Below, piece by piece: positions 39,439 to 43,944 of a DNA stretch of 43,944 bases. The first letter of the stretch is position 1. Every line of letters begins with the position of its first letter. Position numbers and translations under genes: made by a program. This DNA is from Cyanobacteriota bacterium. GTDB lineage: Bacteria > Cyanobacteriota > Cyanobacteriia > Cyanobacteriales > Nostocaceae. The stretch lies in assembly GCA_046045965.1 (NCBI GenBank), contig JBJOKS010000035.1:1-43944 (forward strand). The letters run 5' to 3'. The notes beneath the pieces were generated by a model that saw nothing but the letters and a program-made list of their open reading frames with translations, was not told the DNA's origin and did no database searches.

Positions 39439-41796
39439 CTACAAATCTGAAGATTTATTTTCTGTGACTTGGATAAAAGCTTCAAAATCACCATTAGGAG
39501 TCCATTGAATTGCACCATCTTTACCTGTGAAGAACAGTTTAGTTTGTCCTTTGCTGATAGAGTCTAGAGTTTTTTGATCAAGGTTATTATCAGATGCGAT
39601 AGCTACCTGTGGTTGCAATGCTTTTACCAAATCCTGTAAAGATTCTGATGGACACCAAAGCACTTGCGGAGATGACAAATCACCGGTTTTAATTAACTGT
39701 GCTATTTGTTGAGACGTGATACTACCTACTAATAACCAATTTTGTCCAAAAAGCTGCAATTTTAAAATCGGTAATTTCTCATTGATGAATTGTCCAATTA
39801 TAGCACCAGTATTAATAGTTTGACCTAATGCTAAAGGCTGATAAATTCCTTGATATTTTTGCAGTTTTTGTTGAATTGCTTGAGTTTCAATATTATTTTC
39901 TTGTTGAGAAGCATAAGCATAAAAATTATTAATACGTAAATTTTCCATAATTTCTAGCCAAGCATCATTTTCATTACCTAAAAACTTGCTAGAAATTGCC
40001 CAATCAATTTGATTAATACCTTGTTGTTGTAGAAAAGGTAAAATAGTGAAACGTCCTGTACCTTCATCACCGCTATTAATTAAAGTCACTTTTCCTTGAT
40101 CTTGAATTACCAAAACTGGCTCATTATCAGTAGCTAATAATGTGATGCGTAACAAATTATTGGTAGAATGCCAAACAGGAATTATCACTAAAACCACAGC
40201 CATTAAACCCGCAAACCACCATCTTTTTTGCCACCAACGTACCAACCTAGTAGAGATGATTAATCCATAAATTACCAGCATTTGCCAAATAGATATACTA
40301 CCCACAGCAACCGAACTTCCTGGTAGATTAGCAAAAAATTCTGCTAATTGAATTAACCAATGAGTTGGATAGTATAAAAAACTTGCTAAAGTGCTGCCTA
40401 AATCTGGTAAAATTAAACTTGCCAAACCGCTAATCATACCACCGATACTAATCACAGAAATTAAAGGAGTAGTGATAATATTTAATGGCACACTGTAAAC
40501 AGCAACCACACTAAAAATATGTAAAAGTAGAGGCAAAGTCCAAATTGTAGCAGCAAGAGGAACAGAAATTAAAGAAGCTATAGAAGGTGGCAACCAATCC
40601 AAACGTTTAGTTATCGGTGTTGCTGTAACAACTAACCCCAAAGTTGCCAAAAAACTGAGTTGAAAACCTAAATCCCAAATCCAACCAGGATTAAATAACA
40701 ATAATAAAGTAGCAGCTAATAATAAAGATCCTAATTGTTGAACTTTCCTTTCCAAAGCCAAACCAATTAATGCTGCAAAACCCATAATTACTGCTCTCAG
40801 AATTGCTGCTTGAAACCCTGCTAAACATAAGAAAGCAATTAAACCCAACGCACCACAAATAATCTGCGTTCCCTTTTTTGCTCGCCTAGTTAGTTGTAAG
40901 ATTACACCCAAAATTAAAGAAGTTTGAAAACCAGAAGCAGCTAAAGCATGAGCTAATCCTACCTTTACAAATAAATCACGAATATCATAAGGTAAATCTA
41001 CAGCTTTACTACCCAAAACCATCGCACTAACTAAAGGACCTTCAGGAACACCCAACCAACGAACTTGCGATCGCACAATTTGTTCCCGAATCTTCCACCA
41101 TCCCCATTTTCTATCTTCATCAATAAAATTGATCTGTTTACCAACCAACCCCGCAAAAGTACCTTCCTGCTTCAAATACTTCTGAAAATCAAAAGCACCA
41201 GGATTTGAGGCTGTTTTAGGTTTATATAACATCCCAGTCACAGCAATTTGTTGACCAGGATATAAACCAGTAGACTGAAGAATAGGCACAGTCACATATA
41301 ATTTACCCGTCACCCCTTTTGGTAAACTTGCCGGACCTTGGTCATTTTTTACCTCATCTAGCTGAGTCGCATTCAGCCAAAATTGACCCCTTTGACTGCG
41401 AGTTAAACGGGGAGTATCTGCAACTTCCCCACGCACAATTACTAACTGTTCTTGATTACTATTATTTTCACTAGAAACAAACTGACTAATATCTTTAAGT
41501 CCTGGTTGTGGTATCCGGAATTGAAAATACAAAGTTGCCAACAAACCCACTAAGCCAGCTATCAACCATACTCTAGGATGAGGAGTAATTAATGGAATAT
41601 TAGCCCCAGCCTTTCCTTTAGTGATAGACTTTTCTCGTTTTAGAGCAAATTGTCGCAGACTAATGTAACTGGGACGAAAACAAATTGCTGCTAATATCCC
41701 CAGTCCCAAAATCCATGCACCACCCCAAGGAACAGCCGTTAACAGCAACCCTAAAATATAAAATAGACAAATAATAACGCCACTACTCTGCATCAT
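39439..41796 (-). CDS. comEC: ComEC/Rec2 competence protein
   Basis: NPGAFDF, GLAHALAASGFQ and GFQLSFLAT motifs; multi-TM. Confidence 0.92.
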   Translation of the reverse strand: MMQSSGVIICLFYILGLLLTAVPWGGAWILGLGILAAICFRPSYISLRQFALKREKSITKGKAGANIPLITPHPRVWLIAGLVGLLATLYFQFRIPQPGLKDISQFVSSENNSNQEQLVIVRGEVADTPRLTRSQRGQFWLNATQLDEVKNDQGPASLPKGVTGKLYVTVPILQSTGLYPGQQIAVTGMLYKPKTASNPGAFDFQKYLKQEGTFAGLVGKQINFIDEDRKWGWWKIREQIVRSQVRWLGVPEGPLVSAMVLGSKAVDLPYDIRDLFVKVGLAHALAASGFQTSLILGVILQLTRRAKKGTQIICGALGLIAFLCLAGFQAAILRAVIMGFAALIGLALERKVQQLGSLLLAATLLLLFNPGWIWDLGFQLSFLATLGLVVTATPITKRLDWLPPSIASLISVPLAATIWTLPLLLHIFSVVAVYSVPLNIITTPLISVISIGGMISGLASLILPDLGSTLASFLYYPTHWLIQLAEFFANLPGSSVAVGSISIWQMLVIYGLIISTRLVRWWQKRWWFAGLMAVVLVIIPVWHSTNNLLRITLLATDNEPVLVIQDQGKVTLINSGDEGTGRFTILPFLQQQGINQIDWAISSKFLGNENDAWLEIMENLRINNFYAYASQQENNIETQAIQQKLQKYQGIYQPLALGQTINTGAIIGQFINEKLPILKLQLFGQNWLLVGSITSQQIAQLIKTGDLSSPQVLWCPSESLQDLVKALQPQVAIASDNNLDQKTLDSISKGQTKLFFTGKDGAIQWTPNGDFEAFIQVTENKSSDL

Positions 41797-41885
41797 AAAA
41801 ATTTAATTGCCAAAGCACCCAGTGAATAAAATTCATATATAAACAAACCTATATAAACAAATCTACTTTAGTTAAACAAATAATT

Positions 41886-41917
41886 GTAGGTTGGGTTAAG
41901 CGACAGCGCAACCCAAC
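41886..41917. repeat. GTAG-type REP-like hairpin
   Basis: GTAG-GTTGGGTT-AAGCGACAGCGC-AACCCAAC. Confidence 0.65.
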
Positions 41918-41946
41918 AAAATATATAAAGTGGAGAAACACCAACC

Positions 41947-42432
41947 TTACAAAGATATACCTAAATTAAATCCTAATACAGCATGAACAAACAAAATTAA
42001 CAGTGCTGTACTTCCCAAATAAGCATGAACCACCCGCAAACCTGCTTTATCGCCAAAAAATCCACTCAGAGAAATTGCACCATTAACCAACAACAGCAAC
42101 AGTACAATAGAACCAGTCCAAAAATGAGGACTTTCAAACAGTGGTTTATGCTGCATCACCAAAGACAACACACCACCTGTATAACCACCCGCCAAGAATA
42201 CAAATAACCAAGGTGCTAACTGACGATGGGCGCTTCTACTTTTAACAGCAGCATCCTTATCTGTATCTTGCAGTAGTTTACCTCGCCAACCAGACACACC
42301 GACAAAACTACCCACGACCAAAATCACAATACCCATCATCACCGGATGTCCCCAATGTACAACAGGTTCAGGAACACCCAAAGAACGAAACCAAGCCGCA
42401 ATAGGTTCTAAAGCTTCATTTATATTTATCAT
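41947..42432 (-). CDS. DUF4079 family membrane protein
   Basis: HWGHP, HRQLAP, ESPHFWTG and HAYLG; four His-bearing TM segments. Confidence 0.85.
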   Translation of the reverse strand: MININEALEPIAAWFRSLGVPEPVVHWGHPVMMGIVILVVGSFVGVSGWRGKLLQDTDKDAAVKSRSAHRQLAPWLFVFLAGGYTGGVLSLVMQHKPLFESPHFWTGSIVLLLLLVNGAISLSGFFGDKAGLRVVHAYLGSTALLILFVHAVLGFNLGISL

Positions 42433-42600
42433 CTGACACACACCATTATTTTTGTCACGAACAGCAACTCCCCCAAAAAGGAGGAGTTACAAAAATTTAC
42501 ACTTTGCTTATTCTATCTCGTTACAAGGCTCTGCCTGGTAACGAATATCTAGATGCTCTGCATCTTCGTAAACAAGAATTAAGCAGCAGCAAAAGAAAAA

Positions 42601-42688
42601 TGAACCCCGTTCGCGCAGCGTCCCGTTAGGGATAGAAACAAAGGACACGAAGAAAAGAGGGTTTCAGAGATATTGTCCGTAAGTCCTG
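42601..42688. repeat. Partial MITE copy with nested small dispersed repeat
   Basis: Ends in CGTAAGTCCTG like element 291-375 and contains GTTCGCGCAGCGTCCCGTTAGGGA. Confidence 0.55.
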
Positions 42689-42704
42689 TTAAATAGGAGA
42701 TTTA

Positions 42705-43742
42705 TTACCGAAATAACGAGAGAATTACCCAAATTGCATAAGAAGCAATTGGAATCCAGAACAGCAAGTCAATAATATAACGGTAATCGAATTGATCTAC
42801 TGGCTTGGAAACTAATTCTTGAGGCATTTTTGGTACAACAGGTGCTAAAACAGATGGCTGTATAACTGGTTGTGAATTTTTCAACAACGGGAAACCCAGC
42901 TTTTCCCTTTGCTCAACATATAAATGAGCCACTTTCCTCGCCAAATGCCGAATCCTCGTAATGTAGCGCGTCCGTTCCGTCACCGAAATTACACCGCGTG
43001 CATCCAGCAAATTAAACGTATGGGAACACTTAATCACATAATCCATGCTAGGTAACACCAGTCCCCTTTCTGTAAGTTGGGATGCTTCCTGCTCATATAT
43101 ATTGAACAAATTCAGCAACATCTCAGGATTCGACGCTTCAAAGTTATAAGTACACTGCTCAATCTCACCCTGAAGATGAACATCACCATAAGTAATGTTT
43201 TCCGTCCACTGGATCTTAGTAATAGCCTCCACTTGTTGAAGGTACATAACTAGTCGCTCCAACCCATAAGTAATCTCAATGGAAACAGGACGGCAATCAA
43301 TACCCCCGCACTGTTGGAAATAAGTAAACTGGGTAATTTCCATCCCATCTAACCACACTTCCCAACCAGTACCCCAAGCCCCCACCGTTGCATCTTCCCA
43401 ATTATCCTCCACAAACCGCACATCATGGTCTTCTGGACGAATACCCAAAGCCCTCAAAGAATCAAGATAAATTTCTTGGATATTATCTGGTGAAGGTTTA
43501 ATCAGAACTTGATATTGATAATAATGTTGAAACCGATTCGGGTTTTCCCCATAGCGCCCATCTGTAGGACGACGACAAGGTTCAACGTAAGCCACCGCCC
43601 AAGGTTCTGGACCCAAAGCCCTTAAAAAAGTATGGGGGTTCTTAGTTCCTGCTCCCTTCTCCATGTCATAAGGTTGAGCAATCAAGCAACCACGCTCACC
43701 CCAAAACTGATGTAAAACCGCTATTACTGACTGAAAATTCAC
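42705..43742 (-). CDS. glyQ: Glycine--tRNA ligase alpha subunit with C-terminal extension
   Basis: [35 protein letters not shown] and [11 protein letters not shown] motifs; the core ends at LGFPLLK. Confidence 0.98.
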   Translation of the reverse strand: MNFQSVIAVLHQFWGERGCLIAQPYDMEKGAGTKNPHTFLRALGPEPWAVAYVEPCRRPTDGRYGENPNRFQHYYQYQVLIKPSPDNIQEIYLDSLRALGIRPEDHDVRFVEDNWEDATVGAWGTGWEVWLDGMEITQFTYFQQCGGIDCRPVSIEITYGLERLVMYLQQVEAITKIQWTENITYGDVHLQGEIEQCTYNFEASNPEMLLNLFNIYEQEASQLTERGLVLPSMDYVIKCSHTFNLLDARGVISVTERTRYITRIRHLARKVAHLYVEQREKLGFPLLKNSQPVIQPSVLAPVVPKMPQELVSKPVDQFDYRYIIDLLFWIPIASYAIWVILSLFR

Positions 43743-43839
43743 TATCTACTCTTCCTATGAGTCAACAACGCCTACACCATTGTTGCCTAAACCCAGTATT
43801 CTGAGCAGCTTCCAGCCATTAAAAAAATTTTCCCCAAAA

Positions 43840-43944
43840 ACTTTGAAAAAGTAGTTGACATTCAAAAGGAGGTTCGCTATATTGAATAAGTGCCTGAGAG
43901 AGAGCCGCGAGAGAGCGGGACTCGGAGGGACACCGAACCTTGAA
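43840..43944 (+). promoter_or_regulatory. rRNA operon promoter with boxB hairpin and boxA, firing off the right edge
   Basis: TTGACA (43855-60), 17 bp, TATATT (43878-83); GTG.CT..GAG..CCGC/GCGG..CTC..AG.CAC hairpin; GAACCTTGAA boxA at the very end. Confidence 0.8.

Overview
A 43.9-kb chromosomal segment from a heterocyst-forming (Nostocales-type) cyanobacterium, inferred from frequent HIP1 sites (GCGATCGC), heptamer STRR tracts and gene content. Both ends carry outward-facing rRNA-type promoters and leaders, so the window probably lies between two rRNA operons. Most of it is housekeeping: FKBP, intein-containing dnaB, rplI, an orphan ccmK, nanE, a cikA-like kinase, cobN, furA, sigC, gpsA, lipA, tRNA-Pro(CGG), an aminotransferase, an SDR, a WD40 protein, ftsH, DUF1614, an AI-2E transporter, a pentapeptide protein, a Cyp38-type PPIase, efp, accB, GerMN, a GUN4-domain protein, proS, tRNA-Ser(CGA), comEC, DUF4079 and glyQ. 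There are two accessory spots. One is a stand-alone GmrSD-like (DUF262/DUF1524) gene just after tRNA-Pro. The other is a decayed Uma2::HicB fusion followed by what looks like an orphan CRISPR leader with no array. The most unusual observation is a 57-aa C-terminal extension on GlyQ (Pro/Val/Gln linker plus a hydrophobic helix), which suggests a membrane-tethered glycyl-tRNA synthetase. All family calls come from motif recognition by eye; no searches were run.
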